NCBI GenBank assembly: GCA_963740315.1
Contig: CAVUDP010000002.1
Location: 352,001 to 416,000 of the forward strand
Length of the DNA: 64,000 nt
Direction: 5' to 3'
Source of the DNA: an uncultured cyanobacterium
GTDB lineage: Bacteria; Cyanobacteriota; Cyanobacteriia; Cyanobacteriales; Nostocaceae
Shown one piece after another: positions 18,744-28,575 of the stretch. Every line of letters starts with the position of its first letter. Position 1 is the stretch's first letter. The translations under genes and the position numbers were made by a program. The notes below the pieces were generated by a model. The model was not told the origin of the DNA. It worked only from the letters and a program-made list of their open reading frames with translations, and did not search any database.

Positions 18744-21700
18744 ATGGCTAGAACTGAGTTTAGCATCACCGGATATCACATCAAAGAGGAACTTTATAAC
18801 GGTTCAAGAACACTGGTATATCGTGCTATTCGAGAAAATGACCAAAAACCTGTAGTTATCAAATTGCTGAAAAATCCTTATCCTAACTTCAATGAATTAC
18901 TGCAATTTCGCAATCAGTACACGATTAGCAAAAATTTAGATATTCCTCGAATCATTCGTCCCTACAGTCTTGAATCTTACGAGAATAGTTATGCTTTGGT
19001 AATGGAATTCGGTGGAATTTCGCTGCACAAATATATGCAGAGAGGAATTGCTTCTGTTGAAGATATATTATCAATTGCGTTGCAAATTACAGATATTCTC
19101 CATAATTTGCATCAAAATCGCGTTATTCACAAAGATATTAAACCAGCAAATATATTAATTCATCCCGAAACACGAGAAGTTAAATTAATTGACTTTAGTA
19201 TCGCTTCATTGCTACCTAAGGAAACCCAAGAAATTAAAAATCCGAATGGTTTAGAAGGGACACTTGCTTATATATCACCAGAGCAAACCGGAAGAATGAA
19301 TCGGGGAATAGATTACCGCAGCGATTTTTATTCGTTAGGTGTAACTCTATTTGAATTATTAACTGGGGAATTACCTTTTCAATCTGATGATGCGATGGAA
19401 TTGGTGCATTGTCATATTGCGAAACAACCTGCTTCAATAGGGAATAGGCAAAAGGGAACAGGGAACAGTGAAGAGATTCCTCAAGTTTTATCAGATATTG
19501 TTATTAAGTTGATGGCGAAAAATGCTGAGGATAGATATCAAAGTGCTTTGGGATTGAAGCACGATTTAGAAATTTGTTTAAAACAGCTTCAAGAAACTGG
19601 TAATATTGAAAATTTTGAAATTGCTCAACGAGATATTTGCGATCGCTTTATTATTCCTGAAAAACTTTATGGTAGAGAAACTGAAGTTCAAGAATTATTA
19701 GCAGCGTTTGAAAGGGTTACTAAAGGAACTAGCGAACTAATGCTGGTAGCTGGTTTTTCTGGAATTGGTAAAACCGCAATTGTTAACGAAGTTCATAAAC
19801 CGATAGTTAAACAACGCGGTTATTTTATTAAAGGTAAATTTGATCAGTTTAATCGTAATATTCCTTTCTCGGCTTTTGTCCAAGCTTTCCGAAATTTGAT
19901 CGGACAATTATTGAGCGAAACTGATGCTCAGTTGTCAATTTGGAAACAGAAAATTTTACAGGCTTTGAATGAAAACGGACAAGTAATTATTGATGTAATT
20001 CCCGAATTAGAACAAATTATTGGTAAACAATCACCCGTAACAGAATTATCGGGTGCTGCCGCTCAAAATAGATTTAATTTATTATTTCAAAAGTTTATTC
20101 AAGTTTTTACTAATAAAGAACATCCTTTAGTAATATTTTTAGATGATTTGCAATGGGCAGATTCGGCTTCTTTGAAGTTGATGCAGTTGTTGATGAGTGA
20201 ATCTGAAAATGGTTATTTATTATTAATTGGTGCTTACCGGGATAATGAAGTATTTCCGGCTCATCCTTTGATGTTGACTTTAGAAGAAATTAGTAAAGCA
20301 CAAGGGAATATAAATACAATTATTTTGGCTGCATTGAGCGAAGAAAGTTTAAGTCTACTGGTTGCTGAGACTCTTAATTGTCAGCCGAACATATCGCAGC
20401 TATTAACAGACTTAATATATCAAAAAACTCAGGGTAATCCATTTTTTAGCACGCAGTTTTTGAAAGGATTGTATGATAGCTCATTAATAAAGTTTGATTT
20501 TGGGAATAGTTCGTGGGTATGCGATATTTCTGAAGTTAAGGCATTATCTTTAACTGATGATGTGGTTGAATTTATGGCATTGCAGTTGCAAAAACTGCCT
20601 AAAGATACGCAAAATGTATTGAAATTAGCGGCTTGTATTGGCAATCAATTTGATTTAACAACTTTGGCGATCGTTTGCGAAGAATCAGAAGCACAAACAG
20701 CTAATTATTTATGGAAAGCTTTACAGTTCGGTTTAATTTTACCGCAAAGTCAAGTTTACAAGTTTTATCTGGAATCGCAAATAGAGAATCGATTGGAAGA
20801 TAAACAAATTGTTAATTATAAATTTTTACACGACAGAGTGCAACAAGCTGCTTATTCTTTGATTCCGGAAGAAGATAAGCAGAAGACACATTTACAAATT
20901 GGGCAATTATTATTACAAAGATTATCGCAGTCAGAAAAATTAGAGAGAATTTTTGATTTAGTAAACCAATTAAATCTCGGACAAGCTGCAATAAAAACTG
21001 ATGAAGAAAAACAACAGTTAGCTCGCTTAAACCTAGAAGCTGGAAAAAAAGCAAAGCTCTCTGCGGCTTATCAAGCGGCTCAAAACTATTCTTTTATTGG
21101 GATTAATTTATTATCTGCAAACTCTTGGCAGACTGACTATAAATTAATCTACAATTTGCACCTTTATGGCTCAGAAGCAGCGTATTTGTCTGGCAACTTT
21201 GAGCAAGCGGAAGCTCTTTACACAGAAGCACTCACTCATAGTCAAACTCCCTTAGATAAAGCGATAATTTCTCGCGTACAAATGACTCAATATCAGCTTC
21301 AAGGAAGAAATAGTGAAGCAATAGAAATTCAACGGCTCTCTTTACAATTGCTTGGCTGGGAAATGCCTACACAAGAATTAATTCAAGCTAGTTTGGATGA
21401 AGAAATTACTAAAGTTCAAAGATTTTTAGAACAGCAAACAGTTGCATCAATTCTTAACTTCTCTCAAATGAAAGATTGCAGCATCTCAGAAATGTTGAGA
21501 ATTTTGCAAATACTTTTCTATTCTGCATGGCTTGATGGTCAACCTACCTTAGCATTTTTAGCACTCGCTAAAATGACCACTTTGTCTTTGCAATATGGTA
21601 ACAGCGATATGTCTCCCTTTGGTTATGTTGGTTATGGTTTAATTGCTAATGCTATGTTGAAAGACTCTGCAACAGCTTACAAATTTGGAGAAATGGCTGT

Positions 21701-24569
21701 GCAGCTTTGCGAGCAGTTTGATAATGCTGATGTGCGAGGGATGACTAATTTTCTCTTTGCTGCGGATGTGCATAGCTGGAGTCGTGCAATTCGAGAAGCC
21801 GATACTTACTACGACAACGCTTACAAGTATGGTATGGAAGCCGGTAACTGGCTGACAGTCGGCTTTGTGATGATGCAAAGTGGTTCCGATAGACTCACCT
21901 ACGGTAAAAATTTAGATGAATTGTATGAAATTGCTCAAGCTCATGCAGATTTTCTTCGTCAAATCAAAAGTTTAGAAAATTTAGATGCTTTAATAGTCGG
22001 AGTTATTCAACCAATTCGCAATCTTCTTGGTTTAACAAAAACACCTTTTACTTTTGATGATGATAGTTTCAGTGAAGCTGAGTTTTTACAAAAATATAGT
22101 AATACTCCTTATCATCTAGCTTGGTTATATTCTGTCAAAATTCGTCATGCTTATTTATTTGACAACAAAGCCGCATATCTAGATTTAATTTCTCAGCTAA
22201 ACATAATTGAAAATACCATTTCCAGTCATGCTAAAGTTCCTTCAAGTATATTTTATGTAGCATTAATGCATTTATCTTTAGCTGAAGCTGGATATAAAGA
22301 GCGTGAATTACATTTAGAAGCGTTGATTCCTCTGGAAGAAAAATTAAATAATTGGCAAGCTGCTTGTTCTGAAAATATTTTACATAAGTGTCTTATAATC
22401 CAAGCAGAAAAAGCACGGTTACATAAACGTAATTTAGAAGCTATGGATTTATACGAACAAGCCATAGCTACAGCTAAAGTTAATAATTATGGCTATGAAG
22501 AAGCCCTTGCTAACGAACTTGCAGCGAAGTTTTATTTTAATTGGGGTAAAGAAAAAATTGCTGCTGGTTATATGCAAGAAGCATACTATTGCTACGCTCA
22601 TTGGGGAGCCAAAGCCAAAACCGATGATTTAGAAACACGCTATCCCCAATTACTTGCACCAATTTTACAAGCACAAAATTCGAGTTTCCAAATCAACGAA
22701 ACCTACATTCAACCCGTTGATAAATCTTCTTTACTCACTCAAACTATCCAAACAAGTCGTTCAAGTAGTACCGTTTCTAATACTTTAGATTTTGCCAGCA
22801 TTCTTAAAGCAACACAGGCTTTATCCAGCGAAATTCAGTTAGAAGAGTTAATTTCAAAGTTACTGCAAATAGTAATCGAAAATGCTGGAGCAGAAAAAGT
22901 AGCTTTAATTTTATTAAAGGAAGATAACTTAAGTTTAGAAGCTATATCGACTAAAGATAGTGGTGTTACTCACTTATCAATACCATATGAAAATAGCCAT
23001 GATATTCCTAATACAGTGATAAACTATGTCAAACGCAGTTTAAAAACTGTTGTTTTGGATAATGCTACTGTTGAAAATAATTTTATCGCCGACGAATATT
23101 TAATACAACAGCAACCCAAAAGTTTATTATGCACGCCGATTTTAAACCAAGGAAAATTAATCGGGCTGCTGTATCTAGAAAATAAATTAATAATTGGTGC
23201 ATTTACATGGAAACGATTGGAAGTTATTAACCTTTTGTGTACGCAAGCTGCGATATCTTTAGAAAACGCTCGTCTTTACAAAGCTCAGCAAGAAACCAAT
23301 ACGTTGCTTAACTCACTTTTGCAAACGATACCAGATTTCTTTTTTGCTAAAGACTTACAAGGAAGACATATTGCGGTAAATTCTAATCTGGCTAAGTTTT
23401 TTGGTAAATCTATCCCGGAAATTATTGGTAAAACAGATGCCCAATTATTACCTCCAGAAGTTGCCGAACCAATTATGGCTAAAGATAGAGAAATCATCAC
23501 CAAAGAAATCACCGAAAACTTTGAAGAAGTGGTACCAACTAACGGAGTTGACTGCACTTATTTAACTATTAAAGAACCGTTACGAGATTCTCAAGGAAAT
23601 ACGATGGGCTTAATTGGTATTACTCGCAATATTACCGACAGAAAACGAGCCGAATCAGCGGTTATTGAAAAATCGCAAGAGTTAGAAAAAGCTTTAAAAG
23701 AATTAAGTCTTGCCCAATTACAAATGGTGCAAAATGAAAAAATGGCGACTTTGGGTAATTTAGTTGCCGGGGTAGCACACGAAGTTAACAACCCTATTGG
23801 ATTTCTCACAGGTAGTATTAGCAATGCCGAACAATATTTTCAAGACTTATTAGCTCATATAGAATGCTATCAAGAAAATTACCCTACTCCAGAAGAAAAA
23901 GTTGTAGAAAATGCCGAAGATATCAATCTAGAATACCTCACAGAAGATTTACCAAAATTATTAAATTCGATGAAGTCAGCAACAGAACGTATTACCGATA
24001 TTAGCAATAGTCTTCGTACTTTTTCTAGAGCCGATACTTCCCAAAAAGTTGCTTGCAATATTCATGAAGGTATTGATAGCACAATATTAATTTTAAAATA
24101 TCGTCTGAAGGCTGATGATAAACGTCCAGCAATTAAAGTTATCAAAGAATACGGAGAATTACCACCAATCGAATGTTTTTTGGGACAATTAAATCAAGTA
24201 TTTATGAACATTATTGCTAATGCAATTGATGCTTTAGATTCAGTTGCAGAAGGAAAATCATTTGCCGAAATAGAAGCAAATCCTCACAAAATAACTATTA
24301 AAACTGAATTTATTACAGAGGTAAATAAAGTATTAATTCGGATCGAAGATAATGGTTCGGGAATGCCTGAATCGGTTCGAGAGCGTATATTTGATAATCT
24401 TTTTACTACCAAAGGAGTCGGCAAAGGTACTGGATTGGGATTGGCGATCGCCCAACAAATTGTTGAAGAAACCCACAACGGTAAATTAAGTTGTAATTCT
24501 GTAGTTGGAGAAGGAACTGAGTTTGTAATTGAATTACCTATTTCAACAGGTTCTACGTGCCGACTTTAG
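18744..24569 (+). CDS. Hybrid Ser/Thr kinase-AAA ATPase-GAF-PAS-histidine kinase (HstK/Pkn type)
   Basis: HKDIKPAN/DFS kinase, GFSGIGKT P-loop, LDDLQWAD, GAF, PAS (FFAKDLQGRH), H-box AHEVNNP, G-boxes DNGSG/FTTK..GKGTGLGL. Confidence 0.93.
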   Translation: MARTEFSITGYHIKEELYNGSRTLVYRAIRENDQKPVVIKLLKNPYPNFNELLQFRNQYTISKNLDIPRIIRPYSLESYENSYALVMEFGGISLHKYMQRGIASVEDILSIALQITDILHNLHQNRVIHKDIKPANILIHPETREVKLIDFSIASLLPKETQEIKNPNGLEGTLAYISPEQTGRMNRGIDYRSDFYSLGVTLFELLTGELPFQSDDAMELVHCHIAKQPASIGNRQKGTGNSEEIPQVLSDIVIKLMAKNAEDRYQSALGLKHDLEICLKQLQETGNIENFEIAQRDICDRFIIPEKLYGRETEVQELLAAFERVTKGTSELMLVAGFSGIGKTAIVNEVHKPIVKQRGYFIKGKFDQFNRNIPFSAFVQAFRNLIGQLLSETDAQLSIWKQKILQALNENGQVIIDVIPELEQIIGKQSPVTELSGAAAQNRFNLLFQKFIQVFTNKEHPLVIFLDDLQWADSASLKLMQLLMSESENGYLLLIGAYRDNEVFPAHPLMLTLEEISKAQGNINTIILAALSEESLSLLVAETLNCQPNISQLLTDLIYQKTQGNPFFSTQFLKGLYDSSLIKFDFGNSSWVCDISEVKALSLTDDVVEFMALQLQKLPKDTQNVLKLAACIGNQFDLTTLAIVCEESEAQTANYLWKALQFGLILPQSQVYKFYLESQIENRLEDKQIVNYKFLHDRVQQAAYSLIPEEDKQKTHLQIGQLLLQRLSQSEKLERIFDLVNQLNLGQAAIKTDEEKQQLARLNLEAGKKAKLSAAYQAAQNYSFIGINLLSANSWQTDYKLIYNLHLYGSEAAYLSGNFEQAEALYTEALTHSQTPLDKAIISRVQMTQYQLQGRNSEAIEIQRLSLQLLGWEMPTQELIQASLDEEITKVQRFLEQQTVASILNFSQMKDCSISEMLRILQILFYSAWLDGQPTLAFLALAKMTTLSLQYGNSDMSPFGYVGYGLIANAMLKDSATAYKFGEMAVQLCEQFDNADVRGMTNFLFAADVHSWSRAIREADTYYDNAYKYGMEAGNWLTVGFVMMQSGSDRLTYGKNLDELYEIAQAHADFLRQIKSLENLDALIVGVIQPIRNLLGLTKTPFTFDDDSFSEAEFLQKYSNTPYHLAWLYSVKIRHAYLFDNKAAYLDLISQLNIIENTISSHAKVPSSIFYVALMHLSLAEAGYKERELHLEALIPLEEKLNNWQAACSENILHKCLIIQAEKARLHKRNLEAMDLYEQAIATAKVNNYGYEEALANELAAKFYFNWGKEKIAAGYMQEAYYCYAHWGAKAKTDDLETRYPQLLAPILQAQNSSFQINETYIQPVDKSSLLTQTIQTSRSSSTVSNTLDFASILKATQALSSEIQLEELISKLLQIVIENAGAEKVALILLKEDNLSLEAISTKDSGVTHLSIPYENSHDIPNTVINYVKRSLKTVVLDNATVENNFIADEYLIQQQPKSLLCTPILNQGKLIGLLYLENKLIIGAFTWKRLEVINLLCTQAAISLENARLYKAQQETNTLLNSLLQTIPDFFFAKDLQGRHIAVNSNLAKFFGKSIPEIIGKTDAQLLPPEVAEPIMAKDREIITKEITENFEEVVPTNGVDCTYLTIKEPLRDSQGNTMGLIGITRNITDRKRAESAVIEKSQELEKALKELSLAQLQMVQNEKMATLGNLVAGVAHEVNNPIGFLTGSISNAEQYFQDLLAHIECYQENYPTPEEKVVENAEDINLEYLTEDLPKLLNSMKSATERITDISNSLRTFSRADTSQKVACNIHEGIDSTILILKYRLKADDKRPAIKVIKEYGELPPIECFLGQLNQVFMNIIANAIDALDSVAEGKSFAEIEANPHKITIKTEFITEVNKVLIRIEDNGSGMPESVRERIFDNLFTTKGVGKGTGLGLAIAQQIVEETHNGKLSCNSVVGEGTEFVIELPISTGSTCRL

Positions 24570-24682
24570 TCCTCAAATTAAGGGCTTAAGCCCTTACTAC
24601 GAACTTTGTAAAATTAACAATTAACTCTTACTTTTCTATTGCCAAACTGCCAAATGTATGTAATTTTTCACATCCGGTATAT

Positions 24683-24982
24683 TCAACTAGCTATACAATA
24701 AGGTGAAACAAAATATAAATCCCATAGATAACATCCACCCCGTCTTCCAGAGAATTCTACTTGCCAAATACCCATATCGGTTCTAAAATCTATCAAAGAT
24801 TCACCGGCTTTTTTCTGTTTACGTAAATAATCTCCGATCGCATATTTTGTCTGGGATCGATCCAGAAACGGAGTTAATTTTTGGGCTATTTCTTTTGTCA
24901 AGCATCCGGAATCTATTTGCACGCGACATCGAAAAACAAAGGGTTTACTTTGCTGTTGGGATGTGTGGTTTTTTCTAGTCAT
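24683..24982 (-). CDS. Small hypothetical protein
   Basis: 99-aa ORF from ATG 24982 in an otherwise empty gap; no motif recognised. Confidence 0.45.
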   Translation of the reverse strand: MTRKNHTSQQQSKPFVFRCRVQIDSGCLTKEIAQKLTPFLDRSQTKYAIGDYLRKQKKAGESLIDFRTDMGIWQVEFSGRRGGCYLWDLYFVSPYCIAS

Positions 24983-25700
24983 ACATATAATAGCGATCGG
25001 TGAGCAGTATTGACTCGGAAGATGCGGTTGTGTGGTTATCAACTTTGAATATGATTAACTGTTAATTAACGATAGATAGATAATAAAGACAGCATTGTAA
25101 TACTGCTTCAATAGTTATTTAGTCTATTATCAATGCGATTTATTCAAGTTATCCAGTACAAAAAAAGACATTTATAATAAATTTTCTTGTTTTATAATTA
25201 ATCACTACATTTTGATTGCTGTTATACATAATTACACAGTAAAACGAAAATCTACATTTGTCGGTTTCCCCCATGAACAACTATTGAACCCGAAGGGAGA
25301 GCAGAGAATTATAGCTATTTACTTATCTGAGTGCGTAATTCATAATAAATTCGGACTCAATTGTGATAATTTAATAAATTACAATCAAGCGCTAATACAA
25401 ACTAATTTTCGTAGTGTTCGACTTACAGCGGACATTGTAGCGAACGAATCATCTATTTTTTATTTACGACTATTTATAAACCCGCTTTCTTGAAAAAAGT
25501 GGGTTAGGAAAGAATCCATCTGAAGTGACAGTTCATATAATATGGATAGTTATTTTGCGATCGGCTTAGCTTAAATTTCTCATCCGAATTTAATTAAATA
25601 AATTGTTTTACACAGTAATCGGATTTAAAAATAAATTGTAATCGCCTAATATATATTCGGATGAGAATCGAGTCATTTAAAGTAGTTACCTTTAACGAAT

Positions 25701-28184
25701 CTAATCAAGTTTAAGTAAAGATTGCCAATCTTGAATCGCTTTTTCTGTCCACAGCCAGTTTTGAGCTAAACTATTTCTTTGAAAACTTCTTGAGTTATCT
25801 TTCATCACCATTCGGCGAAGTTTGATTGCTTCACTCAAATATTTTACCTTTTTAGCAGAAGGCTGCTCCTGTGAAGATCGGTAGAAACTCAAAGCAAGTC
25901 CGGCATAAGCTGTTAAAGCATCTTTATCAACTATTTGAGAAACGGACATTAAAGATACGTTTTGGGCTGAATGCTTTTTTAAAGCCAAGTCTAAAGCTTT
26001 AAACCATGAATCGTTAGCACGGTTTAAATCACCTTTTGCATAGTAAGCAAAGCCTAAAGCATTTTTATAAACAAATGAATTTGGGTCATTTTCATTAGCA
26101 ACTTCCCAATAACGACGAGCATCATCGATACTGTATTTAGTATCTCCTTTTTGGACAAATTGCCAAGCTAAACGTCCTCTAACAAAATTTGCATATGGAT
26201 TGTTAATTTGTTCTGGATCGAGATTTTCCAAAGCGGTTTCAGCATTACTCAACGCACTGCGATCGAGCAATTCTTCTACAGCTTTAAGCCCAGACTTAAT
26301 CTTACCTTGGCTTAATTTTTCCCTAGCGTATGTAGTAACATCTTCGGTTTGGGCAGTTTTTAAATCAAATTTATCTACTTGAACAACAGCTGGTTGAATC
26401 GTCGAGGGCTTCTGCTGACTGCGCCAATAATCTATACCTCCAAAAAATGCGATCGCGCCGATCCCTAAGACACCAAGAAACGCCAAACGCTGGTGTTGTT
26501 TCTGCTTTTTAGCTGCGGCTTTTGCTGATGCGGTGGTAACTTGATTCCCTTCCGAATCTTGCCTGGAGGTTTCATTGGTAACAGTACCGGATTTAGAACC
26601 AACTTGTAAGGGGTATTCGTTTTCGTCCCATATCAAAGTATCTTCAGATTGATAATCGATATCTTGGAGTTGATTTTGTTGGTAATCATCCTCAATTTGC
26701 TGTACTAATTCAGCATTCATGGGAGGTTCCGTTAAGGATTGTTCGTCATCCAACTGACGGAACAAGTCGGAAACAATTGCAGAATCTTCTGAATAACTTG
26801 AATCATCATATTCGATTTCATCAACGAGATCCCCCCAAGTATTTTCACCTAACCAGTCTAAGTCAGAAGTATCTTCTTCATAAGAACCGATTGCTCCTTG
26901 CATCGGTACCATGTCGGAGCTTGGCGTGGCGGACGGAGCGTATGTTGAGATAGCGTTGGAATTGGGGTCGTAGTCGTTAAATAACTCTCCGCTTTGAGGT
27001 AAGTAAACTTCTGGATCTAAATAACCATCAAATTCTGGCTGAAGATATAAAATTGGTAGCGCCCAATACAGTTGATGGGAACTGTAAGCAGAAATTAATC
27101 CCTGACGCATCCGACTTACGCACGAGTCTATGGCATATCCCTGAGAAAGATTGCGGTAGAACAACTGCGTTAACGTTAGTGCTACTTCGTCGGGAATGCG
27201 TTCTGACATTGCCAAAACGCTCTTGATGCCTCGCTTCACCAAAGTTTCAGTCAGGTTGCGCTGTGCGGTATCTGGATTGCTATCTGAAGTCGCGGCGTAA
27301 GTTCCCAAACAGGAGTTAAATACTGCCATTTGGATATTGTTGTTAACCAACAAACCAGCTAAATCATCGCCGTACAAAGTTTCAGTTAAACCCGTTCTAG
27401 CGCTGACCAAATAAATTTCGCCGCCGTTTGCACCAAAGTTACTATGACCCGAATAGTGCAGAACGTGATAATTTCCTTGTTCTAAAGCTTGAGTTAATTC
27501 TTCTCTTCCAGGTTGTTCGAGTACCGATAGTTCAATTTCTGGAAGATGAATGTCGCTTTGGGTTTTGCGTTCGAGTTCCGCTTGCAGTCTAATCGCTTCT
27601 TGTTTTAACAAATTGAGACGCACTTGATCGGCAGGGGAAGCAATCACCATTAAGACTTTGATACCACCAGTTGTTGGTAACTGTGGTATGTTTCTTGATG
27701 GTAAACGAGACGCTCCGCTCATTCCGCTTTGATAGCGAGAAAAAGCAATATAAGGACCAGTAGCAATAGGGCGATCGCTCTGGTGCATGACTTCCCACGG
27801 GAGGCGGGCTAGTTTTGTATCCTTTAAGCCCAAACGCAGGCGCAATACCTGTTGGTGGTTTTGGGCAATACCTTGTGCCGTAATCCAACTGTCCCTAAGA
27901 GTGCCTTGAAACAACGCATTATAAAGTTGCTGACCCAGTGCTACCAAGTTGACTGAGTTTCTTGCATTTGTCTCTTCGAGACAGGCGGTTAACGCCATCG
28001 CATCGCCCTGCAATACTGACTGCAATGGGTCGTTCATTAAACTACTAGCAGCGGCTAACCAGTCAGCCACCGGCCACCTTACCAGTTCTTCTGCTAAGGG
28101 TACCCCAGGGGCGACTTGTTCCGTCCGCACCAAGTAGTCATTTTGTCCTACTGGGGTTACGGAAATATGAAATTCCTGGGTCAC
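25701..28184 (-). CDS. hetF: HetF, CHAT/caspase-like protease for heterocyst differentiation and division
   Basis: N-terminus MTQEFHISVTPVGQNDYLVRTE, CHAT dyad HYSGH...FNSC, LPWE, acidic linker, TM helix, C-terminal TPR; upstream NsiR1-type array. Confidence 0.9.
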   Translation of the reverse strand: MTQEFHISVTPVGQNDYLVRTEQVAPGVPLAEELVRWPVADWLAAASSLMNDPLQSVLQGDAMALTACLEETNARNSVNLVALGQQLYNALFQGTLRDSWITAQGIAQNHQQVLRLRLGLKDTKLARLPWEVMHQSDRPIATGPYIAFSRYQSGMSGASRLPSRNIPQLPTTGGIKVLMVIASPADQVRLNLLKQEAIRLQAELERKTQSDIHLPEIELSVLEQPGREELTQALEQGNYHVLHYSGHSNFGANGGEIYLVSARTGLTETLYGDDLAGLLVNNNIQMAVFNSCLGTYAATSDSNPDTAQRNLTETLVKRGIKSVLAMSERIPDEVALTLTQLFYRNLSQGYAIDSCVSRMRQGLISAYSSHQLYWALPILYLQPEFDGYLDPEVYLPQSGELFNDYDPNSNAISTYAPSATPSSDMVPMQGAIGSYEEDTSDLDWLGENTWGDLVDEIEYDDSSYSEDSAIVSDLFRQLDDEQSLTEPPMNAELVQQIEDDYQQNQLQDIDYQSEDTLIWDENEYPLQVGSKSGTVTNETSRQDSEGNQVTTASAKAAAKKQKQHQRLAFLGVLGIGAIAFFGGIDYWRSQQKPSTIQPAVVQVDKFDLKTAQTEDVTTYAREKLSQGKIKSGLKAVEELLDRSALSNAETALENLDPEQINNPYANFVRGRLAWQFVQKGDTKYSIDDARRYWEVANENDPNSFVYKNALGFAYYAKGDLNRANDSWFKALDLALKKHSAQNVSLMSVSQIVDKDALTAYAGLALSFYRSSQEQPSAKKVKYLSEAIKLRRMVMKDNSRSFQRNSLAQNWLWTEKAIQDWQSLLKLD

Positions 28185-28348
28185 AACTTCTCCTGTTTAC
28201 CTAAACCTAACTTATCTGGTTGGAAACGCTTTTGTCTCAAGTTTATATTTTGCTCTTCCTGATACATTAGATGCATCTGCCTGCTTCCATGTTTCTGATT
28301 TTTCTGATTTTAAAGTGGTTTTTTGACTTCTCTACTTTTACAACTTTA

Positions 28349-28376
28349 TCCGGATTGAACTAAATGTGCCTAGAAC
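28349..28376 (+). promoter_or_regulatory. Orphan DIF1-type promoter unit with no sRNA core
   Basis: TCCGGA-N18-GAAC, the same geometry as array units 1 and 2. Confidence 0.5.
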
Positions 28377-28575
28377 TAACTTAGTTATATATGCGCTTTC
28401 TACTTTAATTCCTCAGTAAAAACAATATTTGCTGAAGTTTTTTATTGTTAATAAACGACAACAGTTACGGGATGCATTAAAATTCAACCGAAAAATAATA
28501 AAAAGTTAAACGAATTGAAACAAGATACGGGAAGTTGTTGGGTATACAACTTTTTTCAGCATTTTGATAATTTTA

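Noticed and set aside
25212..25493. 93-aa ORF (also 35005-35352 and 11205-11477)
   Set aside because: No motifs, and they either overlap better-supported genes or cross repeats and AT-rich spacers
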